From an uncultured Nitrospiraceae bacterium (GTDB taxonomy: Bacteria; Nitrospirota; Thermodesulfovibrionia; Thermodesulfovibrionales; Dissulfurispiraceae): a DNA stretch of 64,000 bases. Within the stretch, counting starts at the first letter, position 1, and the number at the start of each line of letters is the position of its first letter. This document shows, piece after piece, positions 10,015 to 20,466 of this stretch. The notes under the pieces were generated by a model. The model was not told the DNA's origin and ran no database searches. It saw only the letters and a list, made by a program, of their open reading frames with translations. Where the stretch lies: NCBI GenBank assembly GCA_963705105.1, contig CAVPIW010000019.1, positions 15,788-79,787 of the forward strand, in the 5' to 3' direction. The translations under genes and the position numbers were made by a program.

Positions 10015-10794
10015 GGTTGATCGCGGTAGATATGAGGGCGGGAGTTGACCAGGAGAGCAAATACTGAATTCACTCCCGTCAGACGCTATTCACTAAATAC
10101 GATTAGTAATAAGATCTCTTCAGGCGGATCGTGATTAGCAATACCAGCGATCCGGTCCGGATTCCAGCATAATAACAAAGCGTCCCTAAAAATGATTCTA
10201 AATGTTTTGTAATAACAATGACCTCGCACATTGGGCATGTCTGTTTCAATAGCCGCAGCGGGAAGGAGAGCGGTAACTTTGTTTCAGAAACGAAATAACG
10301 GTTTCGTCACTCGGAGGATCACCGGAAATATTCCGGATAGGAGTGATAGCATAAACCGTAGAGGAAGTCATGATATCCAAGAAACTGGAAGAACTCTTCG
10401 TGAAGTGGCAAAATGAGCCTAGCGCGAGCACCAACACGTCTGAACCCCGAAGGCTGCTTCCTTATGGAAAGCTGAGTTACAACATACTGGACAAGAAGGA
10501 TATAGACAAGGCTCATTAAAATTATTCAGCTCAGAGACATATGCAGACAATCTAAAAGAATATAATCAACAAACCGGCTGCACTCCACTTCCTTTGCATA
10601 CTGCGAATACCGAGCCTGCAATGAGCGGCGATTAAGAGTTGTCTGGAGGATCGTGCCACTCTATGGGACAGGCTCCTGGGCGGCGGAAGCGAGTAGGTCG
10701 CTTCTGGCCGCATCACGAATTTATAAACTCCGTAAGAAAATTAAGGGCATAGAGCAAATGAATATGAGGCGTTGAAGCACTCGGTTCTCATACG

Positions 10795-11457
10795 GTGCGG
10801 ATTGGCTTTGTACCGTCATGCATATTGTCGGAAGGTCTTGATGAACTCATTCGACAGGCGATCGATTTCGATCCCCGATATGACGCTCGAAATTACCACG
10901 ATAGAATGTGGGCGTGTCAACTCATCGTCGATTATGTCCGACCGGAAGATATCGACAAGTTGATTCCTCTTATAGGACAGGGAGCATACGGTTATATCTC
11001 GGGTCATCTAATCGAGGAGAGGGGAACGTCGTTAATCCCTGTTTTGCGTGATGAACTCAGAAAAGATGGCCAGGTCAATCCATATATAGCACTTACGCTC
11101 TGCAGGTTGGGAGACGCTGAAGGGTTTGAAATCACAAAAGAGATACTTCTTAACTATGACCGCTACCAAATGTTGGACAGCCCCGTCGACTGGTCATCAG
11201 GAGCTCTTACCTTATATGCGGAACACAATCCCGAAATCATTTTGCCGATACTCGTCGAATTCCTCGAAAAAGAGATGCTTCGGCCGAATGGTGGACATCC
11301 CATTCATATAGAATGGGTCGTCAGTCGTTTGAAGAGAATATTCTCATATTCGACAATACAGAACATTCTTGCAAAGATACATCGTCATGTAAGAGATAAC
11401 CCGTATTGGACTGCAAATGACAGAAGGATGGTGGATTATCTCTTTAAATCGGCATAA
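10795..11457 (+). CDS. Hypothetical helical (HEAT-like) protein; start uncertain
   Basis: 220-aa ORF in a lower-GC stretch; ALTLCRLGD motif is HEAT-like. Confidence 0.5.
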   Translation: MRIGFVPSCILSEGLDELIRQAIDFDPRYDARNYHDRMWACQLIVDYVRPEDIDKLIPLIGQGAYGYISGHLIEERGTSLIPVLRDELRKDGQVNPYIALTLCRLGDAEGFEITKEILLNYDRYQMLDSPVDWSSGALTLYAEHNPEIILPILVEFLEKEMLRPNGGHPIHIEWVVSRLKRIFSYSTIQNILAKIHRHVRDNPYWTANDRRMVDYLFKSA

Positions 11458-11586
11458 TAATAACCCGTAGGTCCAATGGGCGGCCCAACTCTGAAAGACA
11501 GGCCTAATGATTTTCTTGAAAGAAGGTGATTAAAGTGGAACAATATGTTTTGCCGGAATGTTGAGCAAGCTAAGAAGGGGAAGGAA

Positions 11587-11835
11587 ATGATCAGGAAATA
11601 TATTCAAACTGCGATGGAGCACGCCAACTACGAGATCCTTCAGGACGACGGCACGTATTACGGCGAGATTCGGGAGTGCCCCGGTGTCTACTCAAACGCT
11701 CCGACGTTGGAGAAGTGCAGGAGTGAGCTGGAGGAGGTTCTTGAGGAATGGATTCTGTTTCGTGTATACAAGAATCTGGATATTCCCGTCATTGATAACA
11801 TCGAAATCAAGATCAGGAAGCAGGCGATTGCCTGA
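11587..11835 (+). CDS. hicB: HicB-family antitoxin
   Basis: YYGEIRECPGVYSNAPTLEKCRSELEEVLEEW. Confidence 0.85.
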   Translation: MIRKYIQTAMEHANYEILQDDGTYYGEIRECPGVYSNAPTLEKCRSELEEVLEEWILFRVYKNLDIPVIDNIEIKIRKQAIA

Positions 11836-12053
11836 TGCCGACCTTTGGTCCGATCAAGAGGTCCGACCTGGTCAGGTATCTTCGGAAATGCGGTTTCGAC
11901 GGCCCCTATTCCGGCGGGAAGCACCCTTTCATGGTCAAGGGGGATCTTACCCTCACCATTCCCAACCCTCATCAGAAAGACATCGGACGGGAGTTCTTAA
12001 AGAGAATACTTCGTCAAGCCGGGATCTCCAAGGAAGAATGGGAAGGGTTATAG
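11835..12053 (+). CDS. hicA: HicA-family toxin
   Basis: GFDGPYSGGKHPFM...IPNPH...ILRQAGIS; TGATG coupling with hicB. Confidence 0.85.
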   Translation: MPTFGPIKRSDLVRYLRKCGFDGPYSGGKHPFMVKGDLTLTIPNPHQKDIGREFLKRILRQAGISKEEWEGL

Positions 12054-12219
12054 TCCAATCGGGTGAGGGACGGCAGCAAACCGGCCATCCCTACTCCGTC
12101 TGACAAGCGAGATCCGTCGATGACTATCGGGAAATCGCGTGAGTCATCGGTCCGGCTTTCGCGAATAAGGGGTAGAGCAGTCGTCAACCTGAACGGCAGA
12201 GGAACCATTCAGTCCGGCT

Positions 12220-13543
<1,324 letters not shown>

Positions 13544-13572
13544 ATGTACCATAATGTTACCTTATGGGGCGG

Positions 13573-13600
13573 AAAAATGAGGGAGGCCCGGGCCTCCCTC
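13573..13600 (-). terminator. Intrinsic terminator after the FMN-binding glutamate synthase gene
   Basis: Perfect palindrome GAGGGAGGCCCGGGCCTCCCTC followed by ATTTTT on the minus strand. Confidence 0.7.
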
Positions 13601-13623
13601 CGCAACACGCAGAAACGAATGTA

Positions 13624-15210
13624 TTAGCTGAAGAGTATCCTCTCGGCCTCTTCCATGTCGGACTCCATGACATAGGGAATACCCGTCACATCCGCAGCCT
13701 CCCTGGTGAGGGAGACGAGGTCGTTCCTCTCGAGGTACTTGAGGGCGAACTTCCTCTCGCCTGCCATCAGCTGCTGGAGACCCAGCTTCAGCCTGTCGCA
13801 GAAGGTGTACATCGCGACGGCGCCGAGGGGGATCTTGTCGAAATCCTTGCCGAACCTGTTCTTCAGGGTCTCATAGGAGATGAATATCCTCTCCGCAACG
13901 TCGCCGTGCTTCTTGATCTCGGCGGGGAGCTTCTCCTCGTCGATCCACTTCTGGATGTTCTTGCCGACGAAAGCGGGGATCATGAGGGCCCTTCCCATGC
14001 AGACGGCCTTGAAGAAAGGCGCGCCGAGCGCGAGGGCCTTGAAGAGGTGATCTTCAAGGGAGAAGCCGCCGGCAATGGCGAGATCGGGGACGTACTTCCC
14101 TTTTGCCTTGAGCTGGGAGGCATACTTGTATGCGAGTGCCTGGAGGTAGATCGTCGGGATGCCCCATTCGTTCATCATCCTCCAGGGGCTCATGCCCGTC
14201 CCGCCGCCGGCGCCGTCGATCGTGAGCATGTCCACCTGCGCATCGGAGCAATACCGCATCGCCCTGGCGAGGTCGGAGACCCTGTACGCGCCCGTTTTCA
14301 GTGAGACGAACTTGGCGCCAACCTTCCTATAATACTCGACGGCCTTCGCGAAGCCATCAGGGTCAACCATGCCGAGCCTTGAATGACGCTCGAACTCCTT
14401 GAACTCCTCCTCGCCGAATGCCTTCTGGACGATGGGATCCGTCGGGTCGGGCAGGACGATATAACCCCTGTTCTTCAATTCCTGCGCCTTCTCCATCTTC
14501 TTGACCTTCACTTCTCCGCCGATGTCCTTGGCTCCCTGGCCCCACTTGAGCTCGATGCATTCGACGCCAAGCTTCTCAACAGCGTATTCAGCAGATCCGA
14601 GCTTGGTGTCTTCCACGTTCTGCTGGAGGATGATCTCGCCGAAACCCTCATCCCAATCCTTGAAGCCCTTGATGCGCCTTTCGAGTTCGGGCGACTTCAC
14701 GACCCTGCCCTTCTTGAACTGGGCGTTCATGTCCATGCCGACGACGTTCTCGCCGATGACGACGATGATGCCCGAGATGGCGGCTCCGATGGCGAGACCG
14801 TCCCAGTTATCGCGGGCGATATCCGTCGAGCCCAGGGCGCCGGTGAACACAGGCAGGCTCATCTTGATCTTCTTGCCCTTGCCGCTATTGCCGCCGAGGG
14901 TGACCTCCGTCGAAACGGCGGGGAAGATGGCCTTGTCGGGGTCGGCCTCGATGCCGACGGCGCCGACGCACGTGCCCTGGATATTGATGTGCGAGTAATC
15001 GACGGGATACTTCTTCGTCGCTCCTGCCGTCACCTTGCCGAAAGGCATCGGGTAGATGACTTCCCTGCCCCTGTATGACGACTTCCCTATCTCGCACGGA
15101 CCCGGGCAGCCGTCGAGGCAGACCGAACAAATACCGGAATAGGGCGCGGGATCGGGAACCCTGTTCCGCGTACCCGTAGCTGAACTTGCGTTTGGCTGAC
15201 CTTGCTTCAT
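13624..15210 (-). CDS. Stand-alone FMN-binding glutamate synthase family protein (GltB2-like)
   Basis: IELKWGQGAKDIGGEV, IDGAGGGTGMSP, FKALALGAP; N-terminal CxxCxxxCxxxC. Confidence 0.85.
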   Translation of the reverse strand: MKQGQPNASSATGTRNRVPDPAPYSGICSVCLDGCPGPCEIGKSSYRGREVIYPMPFGKVTAGATKKYPVDYSHINIQGTCVGAVGIEADPDKAIFPAVSTEVTLGGNSGKGKKIKMSLPVFTGALGSTDIARDNWDGLAIGAAISGIIVVIGENVVGMDMNAQFKKGRVVKSPELERRIKGFKDWDEGFGEIILQQNVEDTKLGSAEYAVEKLGVECIELKWGQGAKDIGGEVKVKKMEKAQELKNRGYIVLPDPTDPIVQKAFGEEEFKEFERHSRLGMVDPDGFAKAVEYYRKVGAKFVSLKTGAYRVSDLARAMRYCSDAQVDMLTIDGAGGGTGMSPWRMMNEWGIPTIYLQALAYKYASQLKAKGKYVPDLAIAGGFSLEDHLFKALALGAPFFKAVCMGRALMIPAFVGKNIQKWIDEEKLPAEIKKHGDVAERIFISYETLKNRFGKDFDKIPLGAVAMYTFCDRLKLGLQQLMAGERKFALKYLERNDLVSLTREAADVTGIPYVMESDMEEAERILFS

Positions 15211-15276
15211 GGAAGACCTCCGTTTAATGATTAGTTATTTTTCGGGCCATAATTTTCAGTATTTATAACCCTAGGA

Positions 15277-15290
15277 GGCAAAAAAATACC
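15277..15290. promoter_or_regulatory. Candidate NrpR operator GGCA-N6-TACC
   Basis: GGCA AAAAAA TACC; same half-sites and spacing as 16779-16792; resembles the NrpR consensus GGAA-N6-TTCC. Confidence 0.55.
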
Positions 15291-15337
15291 GATGATATCT
15301 CCTCGCCCCCGCTTATTTTCCGTCTAATACTCCCGTT

Positions 15338-16627
15338 TCACACCAGTCCTGCCGTTCTTTCCCACATGACAAGAATTTCCGTCTCCTCCTCCCCATCGTT
15401 CTTCCAGCGCGCCGGAAAGGTGTCCCTCACAAAGAGCCCGTCTCCCTGGCTGAGATATTCCGTTTTGGCCTCCAGTGTCACCTCCGCGGCGCCCTTTACG
15501 ACATAGAGGAACTGCGGCGACGTGTGATAGAGGAAGTGCCTGCCCAGGTCCGCCCCGGGTGGAATGACGGCGAGGCTGACGGAGAGGGTACCGGAGTTGA
15601 GAATCGGGAAGACCCTGACCCCGTCTTCAAGCGCAGGGGGCTTCGACAAGACTTTGTCCCTTGGGAAAAGCCACGGCGCCGTCTCTTCCCTGCTTCCCTC
15701 CAGGAAATCCCCCGGCTTGACGGCCACGGCGGCGCACAGCTGGAGGAATGAGCTCAGGGACGGGCTGATCTGATTGTTTTCGAGCTGAGAGATGAAACTC
15801 GGTGTCAGCCCGACCTTGACGGCGAGCTCCTTCTGGCTCATGCCCCGCCTCGTCCTCATCTCCCTGAGCCTGCCGCCGATATCGGTGGCGGGCTCCCGCT
15901 TCTGGGACGTGATGGTCGCCATATCTTGCGTGATCTCGTACAGGTGGGGCTTGAAGGCCTCGCGGTCCTGTCGTCCCGAGAGTTTCAACGCCTTGATGAA
16001 GAGCTTTTCCTTTCTCTTGTAGAGATCGATGACGACCTGCGTGATGTGCCGCAGATTGGCCTTGAAATTCTGGCTATGAGCGTCCTTGTCCAAAATCCAG
16101 TAGGCGACGGTATCGAGATCGAAAAGCCTCGGGCACATGTACGTGAAAAACTTGTATGTGCTGTTCTCGTCACCCCAGAGGTCCTGCATCCCCGTGAGGC
16201 TGTCGAGGACATACCGTGTGCCTGCGGGGACATCGTCCTCGATGGATGTGAGGATGCGGGTGAACTCTTCGATGTTCTTCGGGTCGTTGACGCGGATCGT
16301 CCTGACGTTTCTCTCCCTTTCGTAATACTTCAGGAACGTCGGATCGTTCTTTCCCTTGCCCGACGTGAAGCAGTCGATGAGGATGAAGTATTCCGGTGTC
16401 AGGTACGGCGCGATCTCGTTGATGATGCTCTGAGGCGACCTGTTGAAGCTGACGTAGATGACTTTCTGGGATTCGCTGTTGGACTGGCGGACGAAATTCT
16501 TGACGAATATGTCGTAGGCCGTCCCCGAGTCCACCTCCCATACGACATTATCGCCGATATGGAGTGAGTCGATAAGACTGTCGAGCGATGGTATTCCTGA
16601 TGAAATATTAGCCACGGTAAACGGCAA
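15338..16627 (-). CDS. Regulator: KaiC/RAD55-like (degenerate ATPase) domain + XRE HTH + cupin
   Basis: ISSGIPSLDSLI...YVLDSL N-terminal RecA-like fold; IGGRLREMR...SQKELA...SFISQLENNQISPS HTH; C-terminal cupin. Confidence 0.8.
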   Translation of the reverse strand: MPFTVANISSGIPSLDSLIDSLHIGDNVVWEVDSGTAYDIFVKNFVRQSNSESQKVIYVSFNRSPQSIINEIAPYLTPEYFILIDCFTSGKGKNDPTFLKYYERERNVRTIRVNDPKNIEEFTRILTSIEDDVPAGTRYVLDSLTGMQDLWGDENSTYKFFTYMCPRLFDLDTVAYWILDKDAHSQNFKANLRHITQVVIDLYKRKEKLFIKALKLSGRQDREAFKPHLYEITQDMATITSQKREPATDIGGRLREMRTRRGMSQKELAVKVGLTPSFISQLENNQISPSLSSFLQLCAAVAVKPGDFLEGSREETAPWLFPRDKVLSKPPALEDGVRVFPILNSGTLSVSLAVIPPGADLGRHFLYHTSPQFLYVVKGAAEVTLEAKTEYLSQGDGLFVRDTFPARWKNDGEEETEILVMWERTAGLV

Positions 16628-16726
16628 CCTACTGTTAAGTACTTCAACTATAAATGAGTGCCCCTTCCTTTGTCAAGTAATACTTAACGCCAATCGTGTG
16701 GCTTAAAATATATTAGAATCAATGAG

Positions 16727-16756
16727 TTGACAAAGTTGTCGCCTTGCCTTTACTAT
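16727..16756 (+). promoter_or_regulatory. Sigma70-type promoter of the mvhD-metVF-glt operon
   Basis: TTGACA-N18-TACTAT. Confidence 0.6.
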
Positions 16757-16778
16757 GGAGTAGGAATTATTGTCACTC

Positions 16779-16792
16779 GGCAATCGGTTACC
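16779..16792. promoter_or_regulatory. Candidate NrpR operator GGCA-N6-TACC
   Basis: cGGCA ATCGGT TACCg, just downstream of the -10 box, a typical repressor position. Confidence 0.55.
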
Positions 16793-16881
16793 GTCGGCGT
16801 CTATCCCTCCGTCTGGGCATAGACGCTCTTTTATGTGGAGACGGGTACAGTGAAACTAACAAAAGGATAAAAGAGACCCTC

Positions 16882-17319
16882 ATGGACCAACGAAGCGCCG
16901 GACTCAACCTCTCCATCTTTTTTTGCCAGCAACTGGACCCGGATCAGGATGTCAACAGGCGGGCCCTTGAAAAAGAACTCGGCAAACGCATCAGGTTCTT
17001 CCCCCTGCCCTGCAGCGGCCGGATCGATCCCCTCCACCTCATGCGTGCCCTCGAATCGGGGGCGGACAAGGTCTATCTCGTCACCTGTCCCGAAGGGGCT
17101 TGCCAATACCGCGAGGGAAACATCAGGGCGCGGAAACGTGTCGCCCATACGCAGACATTGATCGAAGAGATAGGGCTTGAGAGGGACCGCATCGAGCTGA
17201 TCCTGTCACCGCCGGGCCCCGTCGCTACGGTTGATGAACTGGCGAGGGGACTCCTGGCCCGGGAGGCGACGGTCGGGGCATCTCCGGTGAGGGACAGGGA
17301 GACAGTAGGTAATAGATAG
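16882..17319 (+). CDS. mvhD: MvhD/FlpD-like [2Fe-2S] subunit
   Basis: IFFC...LPCSGRID...GADKV...CPEGACQYREGN...EEIGLERDRI. Confidence 0.85.
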   Translation: MDQRSAGLNLSIFFCQQLDPDQDVNRRALEKELGKRIRFFPLPCSGRIDPLHLMRALESGADKVYLVTCPEGACQYREGNIRARKRVAHTQTLIEEIGLERDRIELILSPPGPVATVDELARGLLAREATVGASPVRDRETVGNR

Positions 17320-17372
17320 TAGTCAATAGTCAGCAAGGAAAATTTCGTACTGGATATAAAAGGAGTGTGGGC

Positions 17373-18041
17373 ATGATTACAGCAGAAAGAAAACCTTTGG
17401 AGGAAATCAGGGAGATGCTGGCGCCGTACAATAAGATCCTGGTGGCCGGTTGCGGCTCCTGCGTGGCCGAGTGCGCCTCAGGCGGAGAGAAGGAGGTGGG
17501 ACTCCTCGCCTCGGCGCTCCGCATGGATGCAAAGATGTCCGGCAAAGACCCGGTCATTGACGAAATAACGCTGGACCGCCAGTGCGTCTATGAATTCATC
17601 GACGAACTGACAGGTCTTGTCGACCGTTACGACGTCGTCCTGTCCCTCGGGTGCGGCGCCGGTGTGCAGGCCGTGGCGGAGGTCTTCCCGAAAGTCCCCA
17701 TCGTTCCCGCCCTCAACACGACTTTTATAGGGCAAACGAAGGAAGCGGGCCTGTGGATCGAAAACTGCAGGGGCTGCGGCGACTGCAAGCTCGGCTTTTT
17801 CGCAGCCGTCTGCCCCGTCACCCGCTGCGCAAAGGGACTCTTCAACGGCCCCTGCGGAGGGTCCCAATCCGGTCTCTGCGAGGTCGACCCGGACGTGCCC
17901 TGCGCGTGGCAGCTGATCGTGACGAGACTGGAAGACACGGGCCGCCTTGGCCTCCTCAGGGCGGTTCATCCGCCTGCTGACTGGTCGAAGCAGCAGGGGA
18001 AGGGACCGAGGAAAATCTACAGGGAGGATCAGAGAGCGTGA
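17373..18041 (+). CDS. metV: Methylenetetrahydrofolate reductase Fe-S small subunit
   Basis: GCGSCVAECASGGEKEV; CRGCGDC...CPVTRCAKGLFNGPCGGS...CAWQLI. Confidence 0.9.
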   Translation: MITAERKPLEEIREMLAPYNKILVAGCGSCVAECASGGEKEVGLLASALRMDAKMSGKDPVIDEITLDRQCVYEFIDELTGLVDRYDVVLSLGCGAGVQAVAEVFPKVPIVPALNTTFIGQTKEAGLWIENCRGCGDCKLGFFAAVCPVTRCAKGLFNGPCGGSQSGLCEVDPDVPCAWQLIVTRLEDTGRLGLLRAVHPPADWSKQQGKGPRKIYREDQRA

Positions 18042-18961
18042 AGACAGGAAGCCGGCTCAAGGAAGTGCTGCAGAAGGGAGAGTTTGCCGTTACCGCCGAA
18101 TGCGGTCCGCCCAAGGGGGCCGACCCGGAGGTGGTGAAGAACAAGGGAAAAATCCTCAGGGAATACACCGACAGCGTGAACGTCACGGACAACCAGACAG
18201 GCGTGGTCCGTCTCTCCAGCCTTGCCGCCTGTGCCTTGCTGAGGCAGGAGGGGATCGACCCGGTGCTCCAGATGGTCACCCGTGACCGCAACCGCATCGC
18301 GCTCCAGTCGGACATCCTGGGCGCCTCCGCCCTCGGCATACGCAATATCCTCTGTCTCTCCGGCGATCACCAGTGCTTCGGCAACCAGCCCCAGGCAAAG
18401 GGCGTCTTCGACATCGACTCCATCCAGTTGATCCAGGCAGTCCGGCACATGAGAGACGCCGGTGAGATCATCGGGGGAGAGAAACTGACGGAGCCGCCAG
18501 ACCTCTTCATCGGGGCGGCGGCAAATCCCTTTGCCGACCCGTTCAAATACCGCGCCGCCCGCCTTGCCGTCAAGGCCGACGCAGGCGCGGAGTTCATCCA
18601 GACACAGTGCATCTACAACCTCGGCCGCTTCAGGGAATGGATGGACCTCGTGAAGGACTACGGCGTCCTCGACAGGGTCTTCATCCTCGGCGGGGTGACT
18701 CCCCTCAAGTCGGCAAAAATGGCCGAATACATGAGCCGGAATGTCGCAGGCATGGATATCCCCGACGACGTTATCGCCAGGATGAAGTCCGTGCCTCCGA
18801 AGGAACAGCGCCGTGAAGGCATCAGGATCGCCGTGGAGACGATACAGGCCCTCCGTGAGATGGACGGCGTCCGAGGCGTTCATATCATGGCAATCGAATG
18901 GGAAGAGATCGTCCCGCAGATCGTGGAAGAGTCGAAGCTCTTCCCGAGACCGCAGGTCTGA
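18038..18961 (+). CDS. metF: Methylenetetrahydrofolate reductase
   Basis: VTAECGPPKG, NVTDNQ, RDRNRIALQSD, CLSGDH, FIQTQ, GVHIM. Confidence 0.95.
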   Translation: MKTGSRLKEVLQKGEFAVTAECGPPKGADPEVVKNKGKILREYTDSVNVTDNQTGVVRLSSLAACALLRQEGIDPVLQMVTRDRNRIALQSDILGASALGIRNILCLSGDHQCFGNQPQAKGVFDIDSIQLIQAVRHMRDAGEIIGGEKLTEPPDLFIGAAANPFADPFKYRAARLAVKADAGAEFIQTQCIYNLGRFREWMDLVKDYGVLDRVFILGGVTPLKSAKMAEYMSRNVAGMDIPDDVIARMKSVPPKEQRREGIRIAVETIQALREMDGVRGVHIMAIEWEEIVPQIVEESKLFPRPQV

Positions 18962-18974
18962 GAGGAGGACCGGT

Positions 18975-20354
18975 ATGCCCCCGAAATATCATATCAAGAG
19001 CGAAAAAACGCCGAACCACTTTCAGGCGATCACCCGGTCCGGCGTCATCGCCTGGGAGGAGGGGTGCCTGAAGTGCGCCCGGTGCGTGAAAAAGGATTGC
19101 GTCTACCAGGTCTACCACAAGCGGGGCATCGATGCCCGGCAGATGATCGAGTCCCTTGACAGCGTCTGCATGGACTGTTTCCGCTGTGTCCAGGGCTGTC
19201 CGAACAGGCTCATCCAGAAGGGACTCAATCCATCCTACAAGGTCCTCGGGGACCATTACTGGACGCCGGAGATCATCAGCAATCTCTGGTACCAGGCGGA
19301 ATCGGGCCGCATACCCGTCTCAGGCGCCGGCTACGGTGGCCCTTTTTCGGGAGCGGGCTTCGACGCCATGTGGACGGACATGTCCGAAATCGTCCGCCCC
19401 ACACGGGACGGCATCCATGGCCGTGAATACATCAGCACCACCGTCGACGTGGGAAGGAAGCCATCCTTCCTCGAGTTCGACAGCAACGGCGCCCTGGCGC
19501 ACACTCCGCCGCCCCTCGTCGAGCTGCCCCTGCCTATCCTCTTTGACGTCCTGCCCTGGTCGCCGCCGCGGAGGGGGATCCATCCCGCCTTCCTCGAAGG
19601 AGCGAGGTCGACAGGGACCATGACCGTCATCCGCCAGGGGGAATTCGGTCCTTCCATGGATGAGTACCTTCCCTACATCGTTCTGTATGCCGACGAGGAT
19701 GTCTCCGCCGTCCACCCGTCCGTCATCGCCCGGCTGCGCATGGTGGAGATACCGGACGGGGACAGTGTCATGACGGCGCAGCGAACGCTGAAGGAGATGA
19801 ACCCCGGCCTGGTGGTCCTTGTGAGGATATCCCTCGATCCCTCATCGGCCGAGAGGGTCTGCAGGCTTGTCGGAGAGGGCGCTGAAGCCGTCCATCTCGT
19901 TGCCGACGAGTTCGGCAATGAGATGGCGGAGAAACCTCTCTTTATCAAGGAAAGGATGCGCAAGATCCACCTCCGCCTCGTCGAGGAGGGGGTGCGGGAC
20001 CGGGTCACCCTCATTGCCGGAGGCGGCATCGCCATGGCGGAGCACGTGGCGAAGCTCATCATCTGCGGGGCGGACCTCGTGTCCGTGGACATCCCGCTCC
20101 TCGTCGCGATGGAATGCCGCGTCTGCAGGCGCTGCAGGGAGGGCATCGACTGTCCCGTGGAACTGGAAAGCGTCGACCCCCGGTGGGGCTCGGCCCGCAT
20201 CCGGAACCTCATGGCCGGCTGGCACAGCCAACTCCTCGAGATCCTCGGGGCGATGGGCATCCGTGAAGTGCGCAGGATTAGGGGAGAAATGGGCCGCGCC
20301 ATGTTCTTCGAGGACCTCGAGAGGGACATGTTCGCCACTTTGGGTCGAAGGTGA
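18975..20354 (+). CDS. Ferredoxin + degenerate glutamate synthase FMN-domain protein
   Basis: CLKCARC and CMDCFRCVQGCP clusters; WTDMSEIVRPTRDGIHGRE; IAGGGI, GADLV, CRVCRRC...CP. Lacks the GGMSFG, GEGG and QGAKPG motifs. Confidence 0.8.
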   Translation: MPPKYHIKSEKTPNHFQAITRSGVIAWEEGCLKCARCVKKDCVYQVYHKRGIDARQMIESLDSVCMDCFRCVQGCPNRLIQKGLNPSYKVLGDHYWTPEIISNLWYQAESGRIPVSGAGYGGPFSGAGFDAMWTDMSEIVRPTRDGIHGREYISTTVDVGRKPSFLEFDSNGALAHTPPPLVELPLPILFDVLPWSPPRRGIHPAFLEGARSTGTMTVIRQGEFGPSMDEYLPYIVLYADEDVSAVHPSVIARLRMVEIPDGDSVMTAQRTLKEMNPGLVVLVRISLDPSSAERVCRLVGEGAEAVHLVADEFGNEMAEKPLFIKERMRKIHLRLVEEGVRDRVTLIAGGGIAMAEHVAKLIICGADLVSVDIPLLVAMECRVCRRCREGIDCPVELESVDPRWGSARIRNLMAGWHSQLLEILGAMGIREVRRIRGEMGRAMFFEDLERDMFATLGRR

Positions 20355-20366
20355 CCGGGGATATGC

Positions 20367-20452
20367 AAGGCTTTGAGGCGCTTCGCACCGCCTGTGTATG
20401 CAACGACAGGACGAATTTTTCTTTGCGCTCTTTGCGACTTTGCGTGAGACAA
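20367..20452 (+). repeat. Family B right-end fragment followed by family C repeat
   Basis: AAGGCTTTGAGGCGCTTCGC.CCGCC matches 45275-45300; TTTGCGCTCTTTGCGACTTTGCGTGAGACAA matches 52148-52179. Confidence 0.75.
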
Positions 20453-20466
20453 GATGAGGTGATACA

